A DNA stretch of 64,000 nucleotides. Source: Lama glama (Eukaryota). The notes beneath the pieces were generated by a model. The model was not told the origin of the DNA and made no database searches. It saw only the letters and a list, made by a program, of their open reading frames with translations. Location: NCBI GenBank assembly GCA_028534125.1, contig CM052819.1, positions 41,602,001 through 41,666,000 on the forward strand. Direction: 5' to 3'. Below are positions 1 to 11,860 of the stretch, one piece after another; within the stretch, counting starts at the first letter, position 1, and every line of letters starts with the position of its first letter. Position numbers and translations under genes: made by a program.

Positions 1-1026
1 TTGTTACTAAATGGATTTGGAATTATTGGTATCATATTACTGATAAAAAATTATTGTTATTATATTATGGCTAAAAATTCTTTTAAATGGAAAAGACATG
101 ATAATGAGGAAGCATGAGTTAATAACTCCAAAAAATCATACTGAATTGATCATATCCAGTCATTATCCTCTCAAGGACTAGCTCACTTGGAGTGACATTT
201 ACAGTGTTACACAGGACTATATATCCTTGGGGAAAACTCTCAGTTTTTTCTCCAATCCACAGTCCCTTGTATATTATATAAATCTTTATATACAGTAATA
301 GTCAGGAACCCAGGTAATCGATCATATTTGATTAAGACAAACATAAATCATTTATTCATGATTTACTATTCCTAACTTGATTCATTGATTCATCTCCAGA
401 CAAGACAAGGTCAGTACAAAAAAAAAAAAATGATTAAGCTTCTTGCCCTTAGGAGAGAACAGCTTAACCAACAAATTCATCTTTACATCTGACCTCATGA
501 ATCTTGACACTGGGAATACTGCAAGAATAGAAATAGCCCTTATAGACGGCCCTGCAAATGGAACTGTGTAGGAGTGAAAACAGTGGGCAGAACAGCACAT
601 GTGTTGGGTACAGCCCAGCCATCTCAGTCCTCACCGTGAGAGTCTGATTCACCTAACACACATTTACCTATTTTTATCAGTATTTACTTTCAATATTTTT
701 TTTACTTTAATTCATGTTTTTTTCCCCAGTTTTACTTCTCTCCAAGTCCCTTTCTGTGGCACCCTAAATTTTCATATATACCTTTATCTCCTGTAATGGT
801 GTTCAGTTAGGCAAGCTGAGGGGTAGGGAAATGGTAGCATCTTTCAAATGTCTCAAGATGATGCCCCAACAGCCTATAACCAGATAGGCTGCAATAACAG
901 GCTTCTAACCCTGACTTTCAGGCTCCGGGCATTCTAGGCTTTCTTAATTCTTCCGCTGGTTCTCTGCCCCCTCACCTCACCACCTTGTACGTATTTCAGA
1001 CACATACAAATATAAACAGCAGACTT

Positions 1027-1365
1027 GTACATTGGCTTAGTCCACTCAGTCTGCCCTAATGAAACCATGAACTGCATGGCTTGAAAATAAATACTTATTT
1101 CTCACAGTTCTGGGATGGCTGGGAAGTCCGAGATCAAAGGGTCCACAGGTGAGAGACCACTTCCTGGCTGATAGATTACCACCTTCTAACTGAGTCCTCA
1201 CATAGTGGAGAGAGGTAGGGAAATTTGGACTCTCTTCTTATAAGGACACTAATCCTCTCCTGGCCACACCTTCATTACATCCCGAAGGCCTCACTTCCAA
1301 ATACCATCACACTGGGGGTTAGAGTATCAACATACCATTTTGAGGACATAATTCAATCTGTAGCA
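1027..1365 (-). mobile_element. MLT1A-like MaLR solo LTR
   Basis: Reverse complement begins tgctacagattgaattatgtcctcaaaatggtatgttgatactctaacccccagtgtgatggtatttggaag, typical of MLT1A; also has ttatttctcacagttctgg and tcttataaggacactaatcc. Confidence 0.85.
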
Positions 1366-1456
1366 TATACTCAAGGTACGGTGCACGTGTTGCATTAAAT
1401 ACAGGAAATATTCTTAAAAATAAATCTGATAATTATTTTCCTGTTAAAAAAAACAC

Positions 1457-1956
1457 NNNNNNNNNNNNNNNNNNNNNNNNNNNNNNNNNNNNNNNNNNNN
1501 NNNNNNNNNNNNNNNNNNNNNNNNNNNNNNNNNNNNNNNNNNNNNNNNNNNNNNNNNNNNNNNNNNNNNNNNNNNNNNNNNNNNNNNNNNNNNNNNNNNN
1601 NNNNNNNNNNNNNNNNNNNNNNNNNNNNNNNNNNNNNNNNNNNNNNNNNNNNNNNNNNNNNNNNNNNNNNNNNNNNNNNNNNNNNNNNNNNNNNNNNNNN
1701 NNNNNNNNNNNNNNNNNNNNNNNNNNNNNNNNNNNNNNNNNNNNNNNNNNNNNNNNNNNNNNNNNNNNNNNNNNNNNNNNNNNNNNNNNNNNNNNNNNNN
1801 NNNNNNNNNNNNNNNNNNNNNNNNNNNNNNNNNNNNNNNNNNNNNNNNNNNNNNNNNNNNNNNNNNNNNNNNNNNNNNNNNNNNNNNNNNNNNNNNNNNN
1901 NNNNNNNNNNNNNNNNNNNNNNNNNNNNNNNNNNNNNNNNNNNNNNNNNNNNNNNN
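1457..1956. other. assembly gap (500 N)
   Basis: Run of N. Confidence 1.
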
Positions 1957-2600
1957 AGACATATATTTAAAACCCCAAAGCACATTATATTAAAATTGAA
2001 ATTATGATATGTAATTGCATATAATTATAATATATATATACACATATTTATAAAATAAACACAATGATATGATATGTTAACTATAAGCAACATTTCTTTC
2101 TAGACCTGATTCTTAAAATGTCAGACTAGCAAAGAGAAACTGGTTTTGGAAGGCTGAAGTTTAAAATGTAACTACAGGCACGGAAGTGGCTGTGGACACT
2201 ATCCTTAGGTCAGAAATTTCAGTTTGTTTCCTACCCTGTCACTTCAAGTCTAATTCTCAATTTTTTCTTCTTCTTCTTCTTCAAAAAAAGTGATAGGATT
2301 GGAGTCCAGAGTCCCTCAGGCCACCATCTGTTCTAACACATAATCATCCTCATAGATCAAGTAAATGAAGCTTGTACCTCACAGAACTGACAATCCAGTT
2401 TTAGGTTAATTTAACATTTCTAAGACTCTGGTTCAGATGCCTACTCCAGTGATAATGCGCAATAATGGATTAGCTCAAGACCTCCTTCAATTAAGGTCTA
2501 CATAATACATGTAAATGTGGTTAGAATGTAGACATCCCTGGGGAAACTAAAATTGTTCTCATGCTTAAGGTATTTTATGACTCTTACGTCTTCTCAAATT

Positions 2601-2765
2601 TTACCTTGTCTGTTCCTTCCGGTCAGTTTCCTTGACTAAGCATGAAACAGCCTTGGCCTGTCTGGTGTGCAGGTAACTCCAGTCTGTGGGTGAGGACAGC
2701 TCACCACCCAGCTGTGTCACCCGCCTACAGCCACGCGTCTTATTTTCAAGCAGTGACTTCTGCAT
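2601..2765 (-). CDS. candidate short ORF/exon (MQKSLLENKTRGCRRVTQLGGELSSPTDWSYLHTRQAKAVSCLVKETDRKEQTR), product unidentified
   Basis: Only open frame across a non-repeat GC-richer block; weak acceptor ttttgcag directly before the ATG; donor AAG|gtaaaa at 2605/2604; no homology recognised. Confidence 0.25.
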   Translation of the reverse strand: MQKSLLENKTRGCRRVTQLGGELSSPTDWSYLHTRQAKAVSCLVKETDRKEQTR

Positions 2766-3130
2766 CTGCAAAATGCTGTTTTCAGCTCTGTTCGTACTTG
2801 ACAGCTTTGCTTCCTTGTGCCATGGAACTGTTCAAAGACTTCTTTTTCTTTTCTGTCCTTAGCAAGTGACCCAGCAACAGAGCTGCCATTCCACACTAAG
2901 AGTTAGAGGCACTGGTGCCTAATCCTGTCTGGCCTTGGGGATCTTGCAAGTAACTGGGCTGTTTAGTGCCCCTTCCCACATTCCTTGCAGGAGCTGACAG
3001 CCATTAAGGAAATGGTTGGCTGGAAAAGCTGACATTTTGGAAATAACCAATTAAAAGAATCACAAGATAAAGAACCTAAAAATAATTCCCAGCACAACTT
3101 TTCTTGGCAGAGTAGAGCCAGCTGCTAAGA
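2610..3130. promoter_or_regulatory. candidate muscle/cardiac-type promoter or enhancer
   Basis: MEF2 CTAAAAATAA 3076-3085, AGATAA 3065-3070, MCAT CATTCC 2887-2892 and 2979-2984, CAGCTG 2709-2714 and 3119-3124, TGACAG 2995-3000, ARE/MARE-like TGACTAAGCA 2633-2642, ETS CTTCCGG 2616-2622. Confidence 0.5.
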
Positions 3131-3578
3131 GCGGAGTTTGAGTTTGGTATCTTCCACATGCCTCATAGAACCCAATACTGAAGAGAAGCCAGATGTTTAA
3201 TAAGGAAAAGGAAAAAAAAATACATGTGTAAAGTGCAATATACGTAAATCAGTGCTTGGAAAATACAACACAGACTACTACTGGGTGATATTCTTGGGGA
3301 ACGTGGAGAGAAAAACAGGGATGAGTAGCAAAGTAACTCTAAATTGTTATTACACTGATGACAGTTTAAGTCAAGGGCATTTTTGCTTGTTTTCAAGCTG
3401 AGAATTTTTCTTATATGATTGGACTTCATAACAGATTTTTTCTTTAATGCATTTGCAAAAATGTACTTCATACTGCTTTTATTATTTGATTTTCTTGACA
3501 CCTTAAAAATTAGAGGCACTGGCATCACTAAAATAAAGAATACATTTTACTCTTCTACTACGCAGATTTCTCTTGTAC

Positions 3579-3715
3579 CTTCTGAACCTGTGTTGTGTGC
3601 AAAACTTCTGTCTACATCCTGGAAAGATCCACGCTCAGCATACACAATATAGGTCAGCATGGCTTGTAACCCATTCAAGGTGCAGATCAGACTACTGTGC
3701 TCCTTGGGAGTACAT
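3579..3715 (-). other. candidate 137-nt exon (possibly 5'UTR or non-coding)
   Basis: Minus-strand acceptor ctttcaaaatttgtttcag| and donor AAG|gtacaa; non-repeat; one open frame (CTPKEH...TGSE). Confidence 0.3.
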
Positions 3716-4044
3716 CTGAAACAAATTTTGAAAGGTCTGGAGGTTTTGTTTGGCAAAGAATTGAGCAAGAAATCACTTGGGCTTCTTCTCAAGAATTTTC
3801 CTGAAGGAAATCTTTTGTGTGTGTGTGTGTTTGTGACATTTAGAAGAGAAAGTCAAACACTAAGCCTTTGGTAAGGTCCACTCTCTCCTTTATCTGGATC
3901 AGTTCATATTCAGAATATCTGAAGAGCAGCATGAGCATAATGCATTTTAGAAAAAGATTAATACTAGGAGGTTAGTTCCTTAACATAATGAAAGTATTCT
4001 TTAGACAGTATGATAGCTAAAGGTCTAATTTATTATCAATAAAA

Positions 4045-4150
4045 ATAACAGCTACCATTTATTGAATTTTCACTATGCTCCAACAGTCCTTTAATCCAGA
4101 CAACAAAACTGAGATCCCGTTTTTACAGTTTAAAATCTAGATCAAGTAAC
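4045..4150 (-). mobile_element. MIR fragment
   Basis: aacagctaccatttattgaa...cccgtttttacag, reverse of the MIR 3' half. Confidence 0.6.
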
Positions 4151-4771
4151 AAAGCAAACAACAAAATGCCCTTCACTCTTCTGCACAACCGTATGGAATT
4201 GCTGTTTTTATAGCTAAAATCTGACCGAGCATCACAATCTTATATGGTTCAATTTAAATTATAAATGGAGATATCAATAATAAATGCACTTATGGATTTC
4301 CCCTATCCCTGTATTTTTGCTTTTGCCTAAGTGTATACCGATTTAACTGCTGGCTACTAGTCTTAAGACCACATATCACATCAAAATCGTGATTGTAATG
4401 ATCTTGATAAACAGGTAAATCGTCCCTGTTTTTCTGTATTTCTTCTTTACTCTAATTCTTTGATAAACGCTACTCATACATGGCAAGTACCTTAGGTAAA
4501 GATCTTATTATCTGAATAAATTACAATACAGAGAAAAGAACAAAAAATAGAGATATGAAACTTTTTTTTTTTAACTACTGGACATTAAGCAGTCCATAAC
4601 TTTCGCCTCTGTTAATATTAGTGATTACAGATACACAATTGCGTTAAAGACTGTACTGTAGGTAGAAACATATGCTGCACATTTGCAGCCAAAAACTTTC
4701 CATTCATTGTCCCAAGTGCAAAATGCATCACTGTGCCTACCTGACTACCTATTTGAACCACATATAAATCT

Positions 4772-5140
4772 TTTCATTAACTCAAGAAACATTTATTGAA
4801 ATTCCAGTCACTGTGGTTGTAGAAACAAAGCAAAAGAAAACATGCTCCCTACCCTCAGGGAGCTAAAAAGAAATTTCATAATACAAATTTACTTTAGAGC
4901 ATGATCCAAAGACAGAAAATGTTGAACATTTTGAGTTGTATGAGCATGGAATTAAATGCCTTTTAGGCAGTGAGTTTTTTGCCACTGAAATTCTTCCTTG
5001 TTTCATTCATTTTGTTTTTGCAACAAAATTCCAAATGTATATGTGTAATTTGTTAAAGTACCGTCTTAGATGCCAGTGAAACAAAGGAAAACATGAATTG
5101 AGGTGTGATACTTGCCCAGATGGTGCTCACTTTCCAGGGA
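4772..5140 (-). mobile_element. two L2 3'-end fragments (about 4772-4865 and 5002-5140)
   Basis: ttcattaactcaagaaacatttattga...ccctaccctcagggagct; ttcattcatt...gatgccagtgaaacaaagg. Confidence 0.6.
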
Positions 5141-5144
5141 AGAC

Positions 5145-5300
5145 AGCATAATGCTGTAGAAAGAATATGGCTTTTCAAATAGATTTCGGTTTGAATCCCA
5201 GTTGCTTCATGTATAATCCGTGTATCACTAAGTAATTTTTTTCTTGAACCTTTAAAATCCTTTGAAGTAAGATGGGAATAATACTTTGTAGGGATAACAA
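5145..5300 (+). mobile_element. MIR fragment
   Basis: agcataatgctgtagaaagaatatggcttt...ggtttgaatcccag (tRNA-derived MIR head). Confidence 0.6.
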
Positions 5301-6004
5301 TTTTTAAAGGTGAGTGTGAATACTTGTTTCTACCAATAAAACAAACAAACAGGGTCTTACTGTTATGGCCAGATGATATTTTGTTGGGAGGCTACATACT
5401 TGTAACAGAAAACATAGTGAGCCCTCGTGGCTACGTGTGCTTTCTTTTTATCTCTAACTCTTCTCTCCCTATTCTCCTCTTTCTGAAACACACCAATTGA
5501 ATGTATATAATTTGAAATAGTATTTTGACTGATATAATAAAACTGACAAAATCTTCCCCTTTAAACATTTTCTTATCTATTCAAAATATTTTCCTTTTGT
5601 ATTTATATGGACACATCTTCTATGCATTATAGATCAGACAACCTATAGTTGCTGGCATCCTTTTTACTCAGCACACTTTAATCTCTATATAGTTAATATC
5701 TATGTTTCTTACCCTGCCTTTTCCAGATATAAATTCCTTCTTTGGTGAACTGAATGCAGCAATGAACAATTCTGAATTTTTATGAACAAATTGAATTTTT
5801 ATGAAATCTTGAGGTCATAAGAAAAATGAGAGTTCACTTTCACCATTGTGTCTGTAAATGTGTGTTTCTGCCTATGTGTGCCATTTTTCATGCATCAAGT
5901 TTTGGTTTTTGAAGATAGATGTTAAAAGAATGAGATAAAAAGTATAGGTAAACTATACAGCTAGGCAACCAGTGCTTTGCACGTATTACCCTTAAAAGCT
6001 GCCA

Positions 6005-6200
6005 GTAACTAAAAAACAACATTGATTAAGCACTTACCATGTGCTCTGTAACGTGTTCTTGGCTTTATATGCATTATCTAACTAATCAGCTTACACGCAT
6101 GATACCAATCATTACAACAATTACATGAGAAAAGTCTTATTTAAAAACCCATTATAGAGATTAGGAAGCTGAAGCTAACAAAGTTTAAGACAACAGAAGT
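6005..6200 (-). mobile_element. MIR fragment
   Basis: acattgattaagcacttaccatgtgc...cccattatagagattaggaagctgaagct. Confidence 0.65.
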
Positions 6201-6929
6201 AAGAAGCAGGTTAAGTAGAATAAAACAATTCAGTGCAGATTCCATCTTAAAAAGTGAGCAACTTTCTGCTTAGATCAGCTGCTTCTGGGCATTTTTGAAA
6301 AGCTTCCTATTGATCTTCTGGCTTCAATTATTTAAAAACGACACTCAGTCTTGAAGTTATAAAGAAGTCTGGTCTTAATAGAAGTACATTGTGTTCAAGA
6401 GTGCTCGTAAAAAGTTCAAAATATTTTTCATGGCCCCTAAACCATCTGAAATTAAGACACACAGGAGAACGTATTCATAACCTGAAGTTTACTTATGGGA
6501 CCTATAGCCCAGTGAAAGCATTCCTGCTTCCACTTCACAGTAACTCTGTGTCTCTTCACTGTACCTGCTAAGGTTGTAAATACTCTTGTATGTAGCTTTT
6601 ATGATAACGCTCTCCAGGAAGGCCTCTTAATTTAGCCAAAATCTGGGAAAGTTTCAAGACGGTGAAACTCTATCATAAATTTTCAAAGTGTAAGTTCTTC
6701 TGGAGAAGGCTCCCCATAAAAGAATCAAAACTTTCCCAGCAGGGTACATAGCACATCCATAAAGTAGGTATCTTGCTTTCCGCTTTTCATAATTTCAAAC
6801 CTCTTACTTCAAATGAAATTTTGCATATGGTAGGGCAATTATTAAAGCAAATTAAGGGAATTACATCAAGTTGCAATCTGCAATCATCGTATTTAATACC
6901 TTTCAGACCAAATGTCTTAGTGACAGAAA

Positions 6930-7020
6930 TATGTGGGTGTATTTATATATATGTGTGTGCATATATACATATATGTACATGTCTGTCTATGTCTATTATC
7001 TATTTAACTATCTATTGATC
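6930..7020. repeat. (TA/TG/CA)n and (CTAT)n-like low-complexity tract
   Basis: atatatatgtgtgtgcatatatacatatatgtacatgtctgtctatgtctattatctat. Confidence 0.8.
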
Positions 7021-8281
7021 CACGATTCATCTCTATAATGTGTGTTTATAACCAAAAGCTGCCTAAAACACAAGAAAATAGAGTATTTCAAGAAATTCCT
7101 AGAGACATAAAGGTATGGAAATGGTTCTTAAGTAAGAAAAGCAAAACCAACAGTTGGCTGAAGGAAACCACTACAAAAGAAAAACACACAAGGAGGCCAA
7201 ACAAGAGCAGTTCCAGAGGAATAACCTACTCAGACTAAAGAAAGGAGGCAAACTAGACCAATGATCAGGATCAGCAACAGACTGACACCAGAATAATGAT
7301 GTCTGGGCCCACCCTTTCCCTCCCCCAACAAATTCTGAAGAGCTAAGAGGGAAATGGATTGCGAACTGGAAAAACACAAACTCATGATATACTGAGACCA
7401 TCAGCATTAGAGATACAGGACTTTGCCCTCGGTAACCTAAAAACCAAGTAAGAAGAATGATCCAATAACCCTGCAAGGAAAATACTCCTAGTTTTATGTT
7501 TCTATTTCCTATAAATACAGGGAGACTGCACCTGGGATGTCAATCTGTGCTGCTGAATAAATAACACAATTAAGTCTACACTGTCAACTGCAAGATTGAT
7601 CAGACAACTCTTGAACACCAGATAATTCAGGAAAGCTAACATTATTTGAGCTAAATCTTAAAATTGGATCCGTAATTCCACACTTGAACGGATGCCACAC
7701 ATTAGAGTACCCACCTATCCTGCTGAGTATTAACTATTAGGTCCTAGAAACTTCCAACACATTTTTTCTTCTGTGCTTTCAAAATTGATGTATGAATGCC
7801 TAATGCAGGGAAATTTCATCTGTTAGTGACAGATTCTTTGTTCAAGTGTGGTGAGAATTTGAGCTATAAAATCACTTAAATAACAGAAAAGAAAAAAAAT
7901 TATGTCAATCTTTTCTCTTATATATCATGAATGTAACAGAATCTTACATAATGAAGTGCATTGTCAAGTGTCCTTTTCCTTGCTTCTCTTTGTGTTTTAA
8001 TTTATGGGTTCTGGAGGTACTTATATTTGTGGCTGTGAAATATTTCTTACATTCATACTACTCATACATTTGTATATATTTTGGCCTAACTTTAATATTT
8101 GTAAGATCAATACTAATTTTCATATCACCAATTTGCTACCAAATTGAGCACCAAAATTGTGAATATTTTTATATTTATAAAAATTAATATTTAATTAAAT
8201 TTCATTAAAAAGTTAAAATTTCTGTTGAAATTAAATAATTTCCATTTAAATTTTGATATCTATTAAAGATATTTATTTTTT

Positions 8282-8426
8282 AACATTTTTATTGATTTAT
8301 AATCATTTTACAATGTTGTGTCAAATTCCAGTGTACAGCACAATTCTTCAGTTATATATGAACATATGTATATTCATTGTCACATTTTTTCCTCTGTGAG
8401 CTACCATAAGATCTTGTATATATTTC
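8282..8426 (-). mobile_element. young 5'-truncated camelid-type L1 3' end with 16-bp TSD
   Basis: aacatttttattgatttataatcattttacaatgttgtgtcaaattccagtgtacagcac...; identical flanks aagatatttatttttt at 8266-8281 and 8427-8442; TT/AAAA-type target on the minus strand. Confidence 0.85.
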
Positions 8427-8609
8427 AAGATATTTATTTTTTTAATTTTAAGAAATAAATTTATATTTTTCAGATGGCCAATGGCTTTCTTGGAAACACA
8501 CAGGAAAATAATTTTAATTTTCACTGTTTATATGTATTTTAATTTTTGTTAAATATGCTTAATTATTTGTATTTAAAACATAAATGCATTTTAATTTTTA
8601 ATCATTTAG

Positions 8610-8798
8610 ATTGTTTTTTTCTGTAAAGAACTAAACACTAAATAATTTTCGCTTTGTAAACTACAAATGGTCACTCTTACATATTCTTCATTATGTTTTA
8701 TAATATTCTTAAAACATTAAAACCATTCTTAGCTTACAGGTATACAAAAATAGGTTACACTCTAGATTTTGCCCAGCAGCCTACTTTACTGACTCCTG
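8610..8798 (+). mobile_element. MER58C-like hAT-Charlie MITE
   Basis: ttttctgtaaag...catattcttc...aaaaccattcttagc...gattttgccc...tttactgactcctg. Confidence 0.8.
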
Positions 8799-9471
8799 CT
8801 TTAGGTCACTACTATAAATAGAATGCACATCAAGTGAACACTCTGATTAAAAAACAAAATTAGTGGTTTTGCTGAAGGTAAAACAAATAGACTTTTTTTT
8901 TAAAGAAAAAGGATAGTAAATATATAAAATATATAAAAAATATATATTTATACCTCACTGTAATTATTACCAATATAAATACTGCTGGCTTATAAATGAG
9001 CCCCATATGGCCATGTAAAATGATAAATATATACAGAGGTTTTGATTTTTTATCAAATTTGGTCATATAAAAACCTTATTTATATAGATTTTTAAAATTT
9101 ATCTTTCTGTAGGTATATTTGGTAAAGTAGGGGAATGGAACATATTATATTTACCAGTTTGTTGAATTGGTGTATCATTTCTAAATATTTAGATATATGG
9201 TATATATTTGTACTCTTGTCCTGGATGTGATAAATGTTAAAAGAAGGTCTAAAGCCAACAAATTCAATAAACAGAATTAGTAGATTACTAGAAGAACGAT
9301 TCCACAGGGCAAACGAATGTGAATAACAAAAGGAGTATAATTTATATTCTCAGAGAAATTTGAGATGGTATCATCACATCCATAATTCAAGCATGGCTGT
9401 TAGGAAAAACTTATGCAGAGTCTTGGGAATTATAACTTGGTCATCAATATTAAAAAATACTAAATGGACTC

Positions 9472-10832
9472 ACAATGCCATGGCTCTTCAAAATTTGTTT
9501 TCATGAAAACAATATGGAACTTTTTGTTTCTTCAATTCCCTAATACCATTTATTCAATGTTTGTTACATTACTACTCATGACACTATAACACTCCTACTA
9601 TTATCCATGAATACTGGCTTCCAGGGACTCTATCAAAACTGATTGCTGTGTTTTTTATGACGACCACAAATACAAGTCTTAACCAGAATACACAGGAAAA
9701 TGATAATTGAATATTTGGTCTTATTGAATTTACCATTTGAAATATTATAGTAAAGTCCTAGAACAGCCTTTTCTTCCAATCATGTCTTCTCATGAACTCT
9801 TCAGGCCACAATCACTGTATTCCTAGAATACAATTTCTTGCCTTTCACAAACTGCTATCAGCAAGGTAGATAATTAAGGCCCCATGGGTGGACTGGGAAG
9901 TTTACATTCACATAAAGAATTTCTGTCCCTCATCTGTTAGTTCTGAAGACTGGCCTAGGAGACTGGGACATAACCACACCAACTGGAGGCAACAGAGGAT
10001 ATTAATCAGAAAGGCCCATTGGTATTGGCATTGCAGAAAGTGGTCTGGATAACTTGTGGTGATTACAGGCATCACTACTCTTGGAGAACTTCTTTACACA
10101 TGGTGTGGAACCCGTGGAAGGGTTGAGTGACCATGTTGGGTGCCAGTGACGGAAATGCACAGGAATAAGGATACCTGCTACTACCACTGCTACTCTCAGG
10201 TGAGATGGACAAGAGGCAGCACTGCAGTCAGAGCTGGTGAGAGCTGATGCATGGACTCAGGCGTGAGGCTCATCCCAAGGGTCAGTGAAGAAATGTTGGT
10301 AGCCCAGAGCCCTGAATTGGCCCTGTGTCCAACATGAGTATCATACAAAATCAGCATGTCAACACTATTCTGGTGGTGCAATTTTACACAAAACAGTGGA
10401 CTGTAAATTAATCACTGTTCTAGCTGATGGATGTGATCCACTCATCAGACTACCTTTCTGGGACAGAAGCCAAGATACAGGGCTCCAGGATGACTGCATA
10501 GGCATCTGGTTGATGCCATACATGAAATAAAGGTTTGGTGATCATTCCAAAGGATAAAAACCAGAACTAGGACCCGTGAAGATCCTGGTTTTGGTTTGGG
10601 GTGCTCTACCTAGACAGCCCTCCCAGTCCTAGACTACAGTCTGAGAAACTCAACAAGTACTTCGAAAAATTTGTAGTAGGCATCTCTAGTGCCTGGAAAC
10701 CACACAGATAATAGCATGCTGGTGCAATCTAGAAATTTTCAAAGTTCTAAAAATAAGGCATGCTGATGTGTGAGACCTTGAGATGCAGGGCCCAGGCCAA
10801 GGGCCCCAGTTGCTTGGTCTAAATGTGGCATT
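9472..10832 (-). mobile_element. Zaphod/MER115-like hAT-Tip100 remnant, interrupted by an LTR
   Basis: Reverse complement of 10785-10832 (aatgccacatttagaccaagcaactggggcccttggcctgggccctgc) resembles the Zaphod/MER115 terminus; AT-rich internal sequence on both sides of the LTR. Confidence 0.45.
9816..10638 (+). mobile_element. ancient ERVL-type solo LTR (LTR41-like)
   Basis: Starts TGTA, ends TACA; AATAAA near 10526; GC-richer than its flanks; no coherent ORF. Confidence 0.55.
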
Positions 10833-10971
10833 ACTTTCAGAAAAGTCTTAAAGCCTTTCTGATTACTTACACAGATCTTGAGTAGATATTTAAAGCTCTG
10901 AACTGAATTTATCATTTTCTTTCTTCAAATTCTTCTAAAGAAATCAACCAAGCCCACTTTTCCTAGCAATA

Positions 10972-11586
10972 TTTCTATCGGTCATAGAAGCAGAGCCACT
11001 GTGGGTATTATAGAAATAAGGTACTTAGTACAAAATTAAACCTTACAGAGGGTGGTAGGAGCTGGGGAAATGAGGGTCTGAAATGGGGCTTAGAAGCAGC
11101 AGAGAAATGGTCACTGACCAGTACTCCTCAAAGTCCTGCATAGTCGAACAAATAAGAGCTTTCAGGGAAAAGCTGATAAGCCAAGCATGTTCAGCAATCA
11201 CAAAAGAACCACAAAGGGAGAGCACTGAAGCAGTCTATGAGAGCCTGTTGTCCCAGGTAGCTCCATCCTACGACCTCTGTGGGTCTGCATCCAAGTATGT
11301 CGTAGTATGTTTGGGGCTCGTATTAGTCATCAGGGCTACAAGTCAGGAAGATTAGCTGGACACAGAGTAGACAGAAAGGACAAGCTGGGACTGACCAGGA
11401 ACCCCTGAGGCTATGAGGCATCTTGTTTGATCACAATGACCTTCTGAGAGTAACGTGGCTTCACCTTTGCCTTTAAAATGCTGTGAAGTTCCTCTTTGAC
11501 CAACTCTAACCATCAGCCATAAAGGAAGAATATTTTGGGGAATGTAGTGCCCGGTTAACTAAAATCAACATAGCACAATCCAGCAT
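10972..11586 (-). mobile_element. MLT2F/MLT2E-like ERVL solo LTR
   Basis: Reverse complement begins tgctggattgtgctatgttgattttagttaaccgggcactacattcccc. Confidence 0.75.
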
Positions 11587-11699
11587 ACGTAGTCTAAAGC
11601 AATGCATTTATGATATTTTTCTTCATTTCCTCTAGATGTTCCCTTTTGCTAACCCTCTTTGGAGACCTTGGGCAATTTTAAGCTTTTATCTTACACTTC

Positions 11700-11860
11700 C
11701 ACGTGAGAGAGTTGGTCTCACCTGAAAAGTCTGAAGAAAACTCTCATGACATCTTATTGCCTCTGGTTAGCTTGGAAGCCTATCTCTGAACCAGTCACTT
11801 TGTCTAGTGGGTTGATACATTCTGCTTGGCCTAAGGACAGCAGTTCCCACTACTGAAGTA
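11700..11860 (-). mobile_element. old MLT1 (J/K/L-like) LTR fragment
   Basis: tctctgaaccagtcactttgtctagtggg...ttctgcttggcct. Confidence 0.55.

Larger units (their letters stand above)
7660..9250 (+). mobile_element. Arthur1-like hAT-Tip100 DNA transposon derivative
   Basis: Left end ggatccgtaattccacac...gccacacattag and right end tttagatatatggtat...tttgtactcttgtcctgg...aaatgttaaaagaaggtct resemble Arthur1 termini. Confidence 0.6.

Noticed and set aside
1395-1985. Long ORFs at 1395-1985, 1444-1983, 26797-27046 and 34092-34625
   Set aside because: Artefacts of translating through N gaps
6565-6642. Possible 78-nt minus-strand exon (ctttcccag|...CAG|gtacag)
   Set aside because: Stops in all three frames; splice signals only moderate
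10002-11355. ORFs of 60-90 aa
   Set aside because: Fall inside LTR-like elements; no splice or homology support
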